Source of the DNA: Armatimonadota bacterium
Lineage (GTDB): Bacteria; Armatimonadota; Zipacnadia; JAUWAU01
Length of the DNA stretch: 64,000 bases
NCBI GenBank assembly: GCA_030601885.1
Contig: JAUWAU010000014.1
Location: forward strand, 68,774-132,773
Direction of reading: 5' to 3'
Below are positions 8,825-16,864 of the stretch, one piece after another. The position numbers were made by a program, and so were the translations under genes. Position 1 is the stretch's first letter. The number at the start of each line of letters is the position of its first letter. The notes under the pieces were generated by a model. It was not told where the DNA came from. It saw nothing but the letters and a program-made list of their open reading frames with translations, and made no database searches.

Positions 8825-9967
8825 ATGGCCGCCATGACCTCCAAAGAACGCCTCGAGACAGCTTGGTCGTTCCAGGAACCCGATCGCGTCCCGATCGAAT
8901 TGAAGATCGGCAAAGAGGCCCAGGAGGACCCTCGCGCAGAGCGCCTCGTGCAACTCATCGAGGAACACGCCGACAACTTCTCCGGCGGACCCGCCTACGA
9001 CTGGGGCTTCCTCGGGTGGCCTGCTGAGTACGCCGAGCGGGTGCTCGAGCACTGCCCCGGGGAGTTCATCAGGCGGGAACGAGTGTATGAGACGCCCGTG
9101 GGGCCCTTTACTGCCATCGTCCGCGAGCCCGACACCGACGAGTCCGCGCCCGACTGCCACTGGGAGAAGCGCTTCATCACGTCGCCGCAGGACATCGAGC
9201 GGCTGCTTGAGGCGCCCCTTCGGATCGGCCCGCCGAAGTGGGCCGCCTTCGAGGGCGCCGTGGCGAAGGTCGGGAACAGGGGGCTGGTCACGACGGGGAT
9301 TCTGCACCCGCTGGGCAGGCTGGTCCGGAACGCCACCATGGAGGAAGTCTACATCTGGTTCATCGAGCACCGGGAGCTTATGCACCGTTTCCTGGAGGTC
9401 ACCAACGACCACGTCGCCCGCGTCGTCTCGGAGTTGATGCGCGGTGGCATCGGCCCGTACTTCAGCGTCACGGCGCACGAGATGCTCATCCCGCCCTGGG
9501 CCGGCATGAAGTTCTTCGATGAGTTCGTCTTCCCGTACGACAAGCAGGTGAACGACGTGGTCCATCGCAACGGGGGCAAACTCCGCATCCACTGCCACGG
9601 CAACGCCATGAACTACCTGGAGCGCTTCGCCGAAATGGGAGTTGACGCCATCGAGCCCCTCGAGGCCCCGCCCATGGGCGACGTGGATCTCGCCGAGGCC
9701 AAACGTCGCGTGGGCGACCGTATGCTGCTCTCGGGAAACATCGCCTCGCCCTATTTCCCCCTCTGGAGCCGACAGGAAGTCGAGGAGGCCGTGCGCGAGG
9801 CCATCCGCATCGCCGCACCGGGCGGTGGCTTCACTCTCCGCACCACCGGCGGCACCGCCGGCACTAATGCCTTCAGGAGCCGCGAGCAGCTCGGGAAGAT
9901 CATCGAGAATTGCGAAGCCTACATCCTCGCCGGCCTCGAATACGGTGCGTACCCGATCTCGACCTAA
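8825..9967 (+). CDS. Uroporphyrinogen decarboxylase / MtaA-CmuA-like family protein
   Basis: MTSKER....F.EPDRVP N-terminus, HCHG, EPLE.PPMGD.DLAEAK, L.GNI, GGGF.L. Confidence 0.85.
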   Translation: MAAMTSKERLETAWSFQEPDRVPIELKIGKEAQEDPRAERLVQLIEEHADNFSGGPAYDWGFLGWPAEYAERVLEHCPGEFIRRERVYETPVGPFTAIVREPDTDESAPDCHWEKRFITSPQDIERLLEAPLRIGPPKWAAFEGAVAKVGNRGLVTTGILHPLGRLVRNATMEEVYIWFIEHRELMHRFLEVTNDHVARVVSELMRGGIGPYFSVTAHEMLIPPWAGMKFFDEFVFPYDKQVNDVVHRNGGKLRIHCHGNAMNYLERFAEMGVDAIEPLEAPPMGDVDLAEAKRRVGDRMLLSGNIASPYFPLWSRQEVEEAVREAIRIAAPGGGFTLRTTGGTAGTNAFRSREQLGKIIENCEAYILAGLEYGAYPIST

Positions 9968-10092
9968 TTCGGGGACAGACTACGAAATTCTCCGATATCT
10001 TGCATCCACATAACACCGTTGTAAGGCTCTATTATGGGGGAAAACGAGTATCTGCGCGGATGCCGAATTTCGTAGTCTGTCCCCGAATTAGG
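9963..10092. mobile_element. MITE-like element, 130 bp, with perfect 28-bp terminal inverted repeats
   Basis: CCTAATTCGGGGACAGACTACGAAATTC (9963-9990) is the exact reverse complement of 10065-10092; AT-rich noncoding interior. Confidence 0.8.
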
Positions 10093-10100
10093 AGGCAGCC

Positions 10101-12419
10101 ATTATCTCACTCAACGACCACATCCGACCCATCCCTCCAGAAGGCGTACCCTCATCCCCCGCCTGGGACGCCTCCGGCGCCGCCCGCTGCGTCGCCTGGC
10201 GATCGTACCGCCCCGGCTCCGAATCCCTCATGGCGCAGGCCGGCGAAGAGCCCCGCGAGCTGGTCACCGCGGACGCCATCGGCGACCCAGCAGTCCTGAC
10301 GATCGCCCCGCAAACATGGTGGATCGCCGCCCCGATCTACGAGGGCGGCGCCTGGCATTTCCGCCGATTCCGGATTGGGCCTTCGGGCTTGGAGTCACTA
10401 CCCGATGCCCCCGTCGAGCGCCTCACCCCCGGATCGCCCGCCACACCTCCCCCCCCGCTTGCGGGGGAGATAGGGGGGGTAATCCTCCAGCGCAGCCGCG
10501 ACGGCATCGTTTACCTCGCTCTCACCCTCGCCCACGGGCAGACATCCCGCGCTCACCTCTTCCGCTGCGACGACGCCTCTGCCGAGCCGGTGCTGACCAC
10601 CCCGGAAGGCCTGCACGCGCGCCGCCCGGCGGTCGTCGTGCTCGGCGACCAGCCCATCCTCGCCTACGACGCCTGGGACGGTCAGGCCTACCATGTCTAC
10701 GTGCAATGCGGCGACCAGCGCGTCAAATTGTCGGAATCGCCCGGCTGGCACATTCGGCCCGACATAGTGGCGGATGGGCAGCGTACCGTATGGGTCACGT
10801 GGGTGCGGACGACGGACGTGATGAACCCCGAGGGCGTCGTGGACTCCCGCTGTGAGGTCATGGCGGGGTGCCTGCGACTGAACGGCGACCGGCCGCACCT
10901 CCAGCCCATCGGCGCGGTAGACGACATGTCTCACGGCCTCCTCGACCTCTCGCCCAACCCGCGCGGCGTCTGGGGCTACCTCGGACGCCGCCGGCATCCT
11001 ATGCTGCTCCGAACTCCGGCCGGCGTCCTGGTGCTCTGGGAGCAGAAGCGCGTCCACGACCGCAAGACCCGCGAGAACGTCGGCGTCTTGTGGGGTCGGC
11101 GACTTGCCGAGTCGGGCATCGGCGAGGCTCAGGCGCTCGCGGCAGGCGGCATGGCCTACACGGTACCTGGGTCTCGCGTAGCCGACGACGACCGCTTCGA
11201 GATCTGCTGCCTCGAGGGCTGGCACGTGGACGAGCGCCACATCACCTTCCAACAGGCCTCATCAACTCCCCTGGACGAGCGCCGCCTTCCGCGCGATGCC
11301 TGGCGCGGCTGGAAGTCCATCACCTTGCCCCGCGATCCCGTTGCTCCCCGCCTGCGGGGGGGAGACAGGGGGGGTACCGACCGCCCATCAATCACGCTCA
11401 ACGGCACGACCTACCACCTCTACTGGCTGGACCCGCACTGCCACACGTGCATTTCGGCCGACGCCGAGGGGGAGCTGGACAAGCTGTACCGATACGCGCG
11501 GCACAAGGCGGGGCTCGATGCCGTGGTCATGAGCGACAACGACTACTACCTGCTGCCGCTGACCCGCAGCGAGTGGCGCCAGGTCTGCGCGGCGGCCGAC
11601 GCCTTCAACGAGCCCGGCGCCTTCGTCGCCCTCCCCGGCTACGAGTGGACCTGCCGGCGCGAGTTCGAGAGCAAACTTCCGCCCGATCATCGCACCATCA
11701 TCCTCCCCGGCCCCACGGACGACATCGTCCGGTGGAACGAGATGGACGGCGACTACCGCGCGCTGTACGAGTTCACGCAGCGCCACGGCGGTATCGTCCA
11801 CGCTCATCATCAAGGCTGGCGGCTGCTCGGCAATCTGGTGGAAGCGAACATAGAGGCGACATCCTCGTGGGATTTCTATCTCGAGGCGGATGTCTCATGT
11901 TTCCACGAACATCTGCTCAAGGGGCACAAGATCGGGGTGTTCGGGGGCAGCGATTGCCATCGCCGCAACCCGGGCCTCGGCGGCGCCCTCACCGGCGTGT
12001 GGGCGGAGTCCCTGACGCGCGAGGGCATCCTCGAAGCCCTGCGCAGCCATCGGTGCTACGCAACCAGCGGTCAGCGGGTGATGATCGACTTCCGGGCAAA
12101 CGGCAAGCCCATGGGAGCCGTCGTGGAGGCCGGGGAGGTGGATCTGAGCGTCGATGTGGTCTCGCCGATTCCCATCCTGTCGGTGGAGCTCGTCCGCGAC
12201 GGCAAGGTCGCCAGGCGGTGGGATGCCAGGAGGCAGACGGAGTTCACGGCTGGGCCCCATGAGTCGCCTCCGAGGGGCGACCACTTCTACTACATCCGAG
12301 TCGTCCTCGAAGGCCCGATCTACCTGCGGCGCGAGGGGATGCCGGCCAATCTCATGCCCGCCTTCGGCCCCCGCGCCTGGTCGTCGCCGATCTGGGTGAC
12401 CCGAGCCAACGACGGTTGA
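10101..12419 (+). CDS. PHP/DUF3604-like (CehA/McbA-type) metallohydrolase with N-terminal beta-propeller-like region; probable ATT start
   Basis: DPHCHT..S.DA.G, SDND, GYEWT, G.SD.H, GALTGVWA, AWSSPIWV; frame open upstream of ATG 10230 to ATT 10101, 5 nt after AGGAGG. Confidence 0.8.
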   Translation: MISLNDHIRPIPPEGVPSSPAWDASGAARCVAWRSYRPGSESLMAQAGEEPRELVTADAIGDPAVLTIAPQTWWIAAPIYEGGAWHFRRFRIGPSGLESLPDAPVERLTPGSPATPPPPLAGEIGGVILQRSRDGIVYLALTLAHGQTSRAHLFRCDDASAEPVLTTPEGLHARRPAVVVLGDQPILAYDAWDGQAYHVYVQCGDQRVKLSESPGWHIRPDIVADGQRTVWVTWVRTTDVMNPEGVVDSRCEVMAGCLRLNGDRPHLQPIGAVDDMSHGLLDLSPNPRGVWGYLGRRRHPMLLRTPAGVLVLWEQKRVHDRKTRENVGVLWGRRLAESGIGEAQALAAGGMAYTVPGSRVADDDRFEICCLEGWHVDERHITFQQASSTPLDERRLPRDAWRGWKSITLPRDPVAPRLRGGDRGGTDRPSITLNGTTYHLYWLDPHCHTCISADAEGELDKLYRYARHKAGLDAVVMSDNDYYLLPLTRSEWRQVCAAADAFNEPGAFVALPGYEWTCRREFESKLPPDHRTIILPGPTDDIVRWNEMDGDYRALYEFTQRHGGIVHAHHQGWRLLGNLVEANIEATSSWDFYLEADVSCFHEHLLKGHKIGVFGGSDCHRRNPGLGGALTGVWAESLTREGILEALRSHRCYATSGQRVMIDFRANGKPMGAVVEAGEVDLSVDVVSPIPILSVELVRDGKVARRWDARRQTEFTAGPHESPPRGDHFYYIRVVLEGPIYLRREGMPANLMPAFGPRAWSSPIWVTRANDG
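10445..10480. repeat. Intragenic palindromic repeat, copy 1
   Basis: CCCCCCCCGCTTGCGGGGGAGATAGGGGGGGT; near-identical to 11344-11375. Confidence 0.75.
11344..11375. repeat. Intragenic palindromic repeat, copy 2
   Basis: CTCCCCGCCTGCGGGGGGGAGACAGGGGGGGT; in frame within the CDS. Confidence 0.75.
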
Positions 12420-12449
12420 CGGGGCAGTGTAGACAGTTGCCCACAGGCC

Positions 12450-12614
12450 TCATTGCCTCTTGCGCGAGACCTTCTCGCCCCGAACCCCCGACGCCGTCCG
12501 AGAATATCCGTTAACACTATCTCGCCACACCTCCGCATGCTCCACCTGCCTGTTCAGCCGATCCAGCACGTGCCGGTAGCGCTGCTCGTCGATCAGCCCC
12601 CGCAGCGACCGCCA
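12450..12614 (-). pseudogene. aguA: C-terminal remnant of GH67 alpha-glucuronidase
   Basis: Manual translation WRSLRGLIDEQRYRHVLDRLNRQVEHAEVWRDSVNGYSRTASGVRGEK matches the GH67 C-terminal consensus W.SL.G.IDE.RY..VL.RL..Q..HA..WRD..N.YF...SGI; no start codon. Confidence 0.8.
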
Positions 12615-12615
12615 G

Positions 12616-13470
12616 TCATCGCGCAATTGCTTCGCCCACAGGCTGCAACAGACAGAAAACGTTGTACTGGTTGAAGAAATACTCCATCTGAAAGTGAATC
12701 GTTCGCCCGTCCGGCAGTCTTGCCGCCTGCTTTGCGGTCACACTCTCGGCAATATCACGATCCGCCCTGGCAGCCTCGATGACATAGGGATTGTCCACGT
12801 TGCTTCTTAGCCGCGCAAAATAGAGACGTGAGAACGTCGGCGACGGCACGCTGTACCTGACATCCCATCGTGGCTCCTGGCCGATGTCGATCCGCTTGTC
12901 GTCGGCTACGGGGGTGTACACCACCAGCATGCATGGCCGGAGGTTCTTTTCCACGAACCGCCGCGCCGTCGCTTCATATGAGGCCAGATACTTGTGGGCC
13001 AGTTGCTTCACAGTCGCCGCGCAGATCGGTGAGCTGTTGGCCTCCAACAAGAACCGGACCCCGTGGAATAGCAGATCGGCGGCGAACGCGTTTGCCCCCT
13101 GCTCCCGAGCGCTGCGCGCAAAATGGCTTAGATCGCAGGCCGTGCAGAGCACGATGGACTCAACCTGATCCGGCAGCACGTAATGGGCGATTTCGTGAAA
13201 GGTGCTCAACCGAGCCCGGGGCGCGCTTAACTCCCGATCGGTAGCTATCACCCGCTCCGGAAAGGAAATGAGCGCCCGCGGGCGCTCGCCGCTGGCACTC
13301 ACTGCCTCGGGAAGATCAGCCGCGAAGTTCAGAGACAAGTGGGTAAGGCCCAACAGCTCGAGTATGGGGGCTGGGTTGACGGCGTCGCCTTCCTCCTGAC
13401 CACTAGCTCGGAGTAGGTAGGAGGCCAGTTCGTACGGGGGTATCTCACGGAAACTAGGCTGCACCTGCAT
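12616..13470 (-). CDS. ImmA/IrrE (COG2856) family zinc metallo-endopeptidase, IrrE/CapP-like architecture
   Basis: R.R.STFHEIAHY (HEXXH), EQGANAFAADLLF, HTH-like LAHKYLASYEATARR, and a C-terminal domain of about 110 aa where IrrE/CapP carry a GAF-like domain. Confidence 0.88.
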   Translation of the reverse strand: MQVQPSFREIPPYELASYLLRASGQEEGDAVNPAPILELLGLTHLSLNFAADLPEAVSASGERPRALISFPERVIATDRELSAPRARLSTFHEIAHYVLPDQVESIVLCTACDLSHFARSAREQGANAFAADLLFHGVRFLLEANSSPICAATVKQLAHKYLASYEATARRFVEKNLRPCMLVVYTPVADDKRIDIGQEPRWDVRYSVPSPTFSRLYFARLRSNVDNPYVIEAARADRDIAESVTAKQAARLPDGRTIHFQMEYFFNQYNVFCLLQPVGEAIAR

Positions 13471-14044
13471 CCTCGCTCTCTTCGCGCTCCCTTAGCAACG
13501 CCTGCAGCCGGCGGCGAATCTTCCGGACCGCGTCCGCCGACGGCAGCTCACCATGCGCCGCCATGGCTAGTTCGTCTTGCGCCTTCAACGTGGGGAGATG
13601 CTCGATGTACGCAGCCACCTGCTCTTCGCGATCAGGCTCTCGTTGCGCCTCTAGCTCGGCAAACAAGCCCGGGTGCTCTGCGGCTAGGCGGATGAGGTTG
13701 TCCATCGACTTGTTCTGCACCGAAAGGCCGACTTCCCACCGGGCGTAACTCTTGTCCCCCACTCCGAGGAGCCGCGCCATCTCTACCTGGCTCAGCCCCG
13801 TGCGCTCGCGGACGGCACGCACCTCAGCCGGACTGAGCAGTCCCTGTATCCTGTATTGCTCAGCCTCGATGCGATCGCTAAGCTCCGGAGACAGAATCTC
13901 CTCGCCGCAGGCATCGCAGGCCTCCCACACGGCATCAGCGAACCCCGACTGCTGGGCAGCGGAACCCTCTGGCCACTCAAAGATATACTCCCCTCGACGC
14001 TCCTCGAGCACTTTCGCGCCACAGATGGGACAAACGCGTGCCAT
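13454..14044 (-). CDS. MqsA-family antitoxin (Zn finger plus XRE HTH) with C-terminal extension
   Basis: CPICG...CDACGEEI Zn ribbon; LLSPAEVRAVRERTGLSQVEMARLLGVGDKSYARWEVG HTH; about 65 extra aa containing ELAMAAHG; RBS AAGGAGG. Confidence 0.9.
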   Translation of the reverse strand: MARVCPICGAKVLEERRGEYIFEWPEGSAAQQSGFADAVWEACDACGEEILSPELSDRIEAEQYRIQGLLSPAEVRAVRERTGLSQVEMARLLGVGDKSYARWEVGLSVQNKSMDNLIRLAAEHPGLFAELEAQREPDREEQVAAYIEHLPTLKAQDELAMAAHGELPSADAVRKIRRRLQALLREREESEDAGAA

Positions 14045-14060
14045 GGCTGCCTCCTTTTGC

Positions 14061-14396
14061 TTAGCTGGACGGCCGCCCCTGACGCTCGTGCACGGAGATG
14101 AGTATCAGGACCAGCCCCCAGCGCCGCTTGTCAATCCCTACCTTCACGAAAAGGTCTTCAGCGTCGATCGTTGGGTACACCTCGTACGCGGGCCTCCCAA
14201 TGTGTCCGCGCGCAGTGTCCGTGATGGTCTCCATGACAGCCGCGTCGCCGTCAATATAGTCGCAAATAGCCTCGCAAACACCAGCCATGGTTAGCCGGAG
14301 CCTCGTCATGTCCTGGCGCGCGGTGTTGGTCGGTCTGACGGCTTGGGGATCTCCTGCCAGCTTGCGAATGAGAGCGATGCGGCTCTTGTCCCGCAG
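14061..14396 (-). CDS. MqsR-like (RelE-fold) toxin; true start uncertain, upstream of ATG 14309
   Basis: In-frame extension IALIRKLAGDPQAVRPTNTARQDMTRLRLTMAGVCEAI aligns by eye with MqsR LSQVKKLVNAGQVRTTRSALLNADELGLDFDGMCNVI; YEVYP...DLFVKV...ILISVHE C-terminus; directly upstream of the mqsA-like gene. Confidence 0.75.
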   Translation of the reverse strand: MRDKSRIALIRKLAGDPQAVRPTNTARQDMTRLRLTMAGVCEAICDYIDGDAAVMETITDTARGHIGRPAYEVYPTIDAEDLFVKVGIDKRRWGLVLILISVHERQGRPSS

Positions 14397-14415
14397 TTCC
14401 CACCGCTTACGGATT

Positions 14416-14454
14416 TTGACAACCTCATTATACCATTGCAGGATGTTTTGTCAA
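14416..14454 (-). promoter_or_regulatory. Sigma-70 promoter TTGACA-N16-TATAAT (extended -10 TG) bracketed by TTGACAA/TTGTCAA inverted repeat
   Basis: -35 at 14449-14454, -10 at 14427-14432; palindromic arms 14416-14422 and 14448-14454 (likely antitoxin operator). Confidence 0.8.
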
Positions 14455-14482
14455 GAGGATTTAGTATCATTTGATACTCAAA

Positions 14483-14632
14483 TTAGCGACCCAGCAGCCC
14501 CGTCAGCCCCCGCACCAACTCCTCCGCGGCCGCATCGAGAACCGGGCTGTCCTCAGCCCACAGGCCAGGGCCGACATATGTTAAGGCTGCAGCAAGTATC
14601 AGTGTCGCTCTCAGCAAGTGCTTGTTCACCAC
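14483..14632 (-). pseudogene. aguA: N-terminal remnant of GH67 alpha-glucuronidase (signal peptide plus start of N-domain)
   Basis: MNKHLLRATLILAAALTYVGPGLWAED-SPVLDAAAEELVRGLTGLLGR*; resembles GH67 S..L.AA.EEL.RGL.GLLG with the usual GY.LWLRY segment after AED missing. Confidence 0.65.
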
Positions 14633-14705
14633 CCGGCAAGTACCTGTCACTGTCTCAGCAAGTGCCTGATGAGAGCAGAGGCCGCATGCTCCCGCAGCCC
14701 CGAGA

Positions 14706-15977
14706 TCAGCCTTCCAGCATGACCCTCTCCACCTTGAGCAGCGCCTTCGCCACGTCCCTCGCATCGGCCGCCCGCCAGAATTCGGTCACCCCGAGGCGGA
14801 AGTAGCGTTCCACCAATGCATCGATGTTGTCGTGCGGGTAGGACTCCGGATCCAGGTGCGGCAAATGCGGGAACTGGCTCCAGGGCCACTCGCTATCGGC
14901 GAAGGTCGCCCGCTCGGCGATCCAGTGCTGGCGGTAGATGATGTGCTCGTAGTCGAAGCCGAGCGGGATGCCCTCGGCTCGCACTGCCTCGTAGGCCTCT
15001 CGCTTTGTCCACGGTCCCTCGTAGCCAATGAAAACGAACCACCACGCGGGGCGGCAGTCGTACGACGGCCAGATTACCCTGAAGCACCGCGAGCCCGCCA
15101 GCGCCGTACGCAGCGAGCTCACCACCTGGTGACGCCGCATGGCGATCCGCCTCATCTTCTTGAGCTGCGCCCGGCCGATGGCCCCCTGGAGCTGGGTCAT
15201 GCGGTAGTTGTTGCCGAGCATCAAGATGCTTGGGCAGTCGGAGTTGAACGGCTTGCCGCGGTCGGCGAACCGCTTGGCGTTCCAGTACCACTCCTCGTTG
15301 TCGGTGAGCACCATCCCGCCCTGGCCGCCGGCGGTGGTGTGCTTGCCGCTCATGAGGCTGAAGGCGCTGATGTCGGCGAGGCTCCCCGCGATGCGTCCCT
15401 TGTAGAGTGCACCGTGGGCCTGGGCGGCGTCCTCGATCACCGGGATGCGATGCTTTCGCGCAAGCCGCATTATGCGGTCCATGTCGGCGGGGATGCCGGC
15501 GATGTGGCCGACGATGATGGCCCCCGTGTGCTCGCACATGAGCGGCTCGATGGTGTGGGCCGAGACCTGGAACGTGTCGAGCTCGTGGTCGGCGAACACC
15601 GGGATGCAGTTGTTCCAGAGGATCGGGGCGACGGCGCCGGGGTCGGTGATGGTGTTGCAGATGATCTCCCTCCCCGGCGGGAGCCGCAGGGCGCTGAGGG
15701 CTGTGTGCACGGCGGCGGTTCCCGAGCTGACCGCCGTGGCGAAGCGGACGCCGCAGACACGGGCGAACTCCTTTTCGTACAGATCAACGTCCTCGGTTCC
15801 ATAGCGATCGAAGCCGCCACCGCTCTTCATGGCCCCCTTGACAACCCTCTGAACGGCGGCCCATTCTTCTTTTCCGATGTGGCGGCGGGCGGGGAATGGC
15901 TTCGTTCGAACCGGCTTCCCGCCGGCGATCGCGAGCGAACTCGAAGAGGATTTCCTTCGCTTCATGCCGTGGAGCAT
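14706..15977 (-). CDS. DegT/DnrJ/EryC1/StrS family PLP-dependent aminotransferase
   Basis: LAI.GGKPVR, SSGTAAVH.AL, IEDAAQAHGA, FSL..GKH...G.GG, G.NYRM. Confidence 0.93.
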   Translation of the reverse strand: MLHGMKRRKSSSSSLAIAGGKPVRTKPFPARRHIGKEEWAAVQRVVKGAMKSGGGFDRYGTEDVDLYEKEFARVCGVRFATAVSSGTAAVHTALSALRLPPGREIICNTITDPGAVAPILWNNCIPVFADHELDTFQVSAHTIEPLMCEHTGAIIVGHIAGIPADMDRIMRLARKHRIPVIEDAAQAHGALYKGRIAGSLADISAFSLMSGKHTTAGGQGGMVLTDNEEWYWNAKRFADRGKPFNSDCPSILMLGNNYRMTQLQGAIGRAQLKKMRRIAMRRHQVVSSLRTALAGSRCFRVIWPSYDCRPAWWFVFIGYEGPWTKREAYEAVRAEGIPLGFDYEHIIYRQHWIAERATFADSEWPWSQFPHLPHLDPESYPHDNIDALVERYFRLGVTEFWRAADARDVAKALLKVERVMLEG

Positions 15978-16159
15978 CTCCCTTGCAGCGGGTGTGTCTA
16001 CACTGGCGTGCCTCTTGCCCGTCAGTGCGTTTCTCTCCTCCGAGGCGGCCTCAGGTGAGGAGAAGCTGCGTATCCGGCGAAGTGCTCAGAGCAGCCGTCA
16101 TGTGGCGGGGCCACACTCTGAAACCATGAAGATGGGCCCGGCGGGGGGGGCTGGGGGCC

Positions 16160-16183
16160 GCCGGAGCAAGCTGCTCCGGCTAC
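16160..16183 (-). repeat. GTAG-type REP-like palindrome
   Basis: Minus strand GTAGCCGGAGCAGCTTGCTCCGGC: 8-bp stem preceded by GTAG. Confidence 0.55.
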
Positions 16184-16258
16184 AACGGGTGGGCCTGCGG
16201 CCGAAATCTTCGGAGCAGTGAAGTTGTCGCGACACACAGGAATTCGGAGGCGAACGCC

Positions 16259-16861
16259 ATGGCAACGAGGATACTCGGCATTGCCGGCAGCCCGCGCGCC
16301 GGCGGCAACACGGAAATACTGGTGCGGACGACGCTCGATGCGGCGGCTGCGGAGGGTGCCGAAACGCGTGTGTTTTGCCTATCCAGCAACCACGTCGAGC
16401 CGTGCCGAGCCTGTCACGAGTGCGGCAAGGACGTCCAGTGGTGCATCATTGACGACGACATGACGAATGGCCTGTACGCCGACTTCATGTGGGCGGACGC
16501 TATCGTGTTCGGCACGCCGGTGTACATGGGTGGGTTGTCGGCGCAGCTTAAGGCGGTGATCGACCGGACGCGGCCGCTGTGGCGCCGAGACAATGCGCTG
16601 CAGAACAAGTTCGCATCGGCGATAGCCGTCGGCGATGGTCAGTGGGGCGGGCAGGAGCTGGCGCGGCAGAGCGTGCTGCACTTCTGCATGAACCACGGCA
16701 TGGTGCTGCTCGAGCCGGCGTGCCTGCCGTATGGGAGCTGGGAGGTATGTGGGCGCGCCGCGGAGCCGGGCGATGTGCGCGACGACGAGTTCGCGATGAG
16801 GGCCGCGCGAGGGCTTGGGCAGAGGCTGGCCAGGACCGAGCTCGTGGTCGCGAGTCGCTGA
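16259..16861 (+). CDS. Flavodoxin family / iron-sulfur flavoprotein
   Basis: GSPR..GNT, C..C..C...C.I.DDM, ADAIVFGTPVY, GGQE. Confidence 0.9.
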   Translation: MATRILGIAGSPRAGGNTEILVRTTLDAAAAEGAETRVFCLSSNHVEPCRACHECGKDVQWCIIDDDMTNGLYADFMWADAIVFGTPVYMGGLSAQLKAVIDRTRPLWRRDNALQNKFASAIAVGDGQWGGQELARQSVLHFCMNHGMVLLEPACLPYGSWEVCGRAAEPGDVRDDEFAMRAARGLGQRLARTELVVASR

Positions 16862-16864
16862 GCA

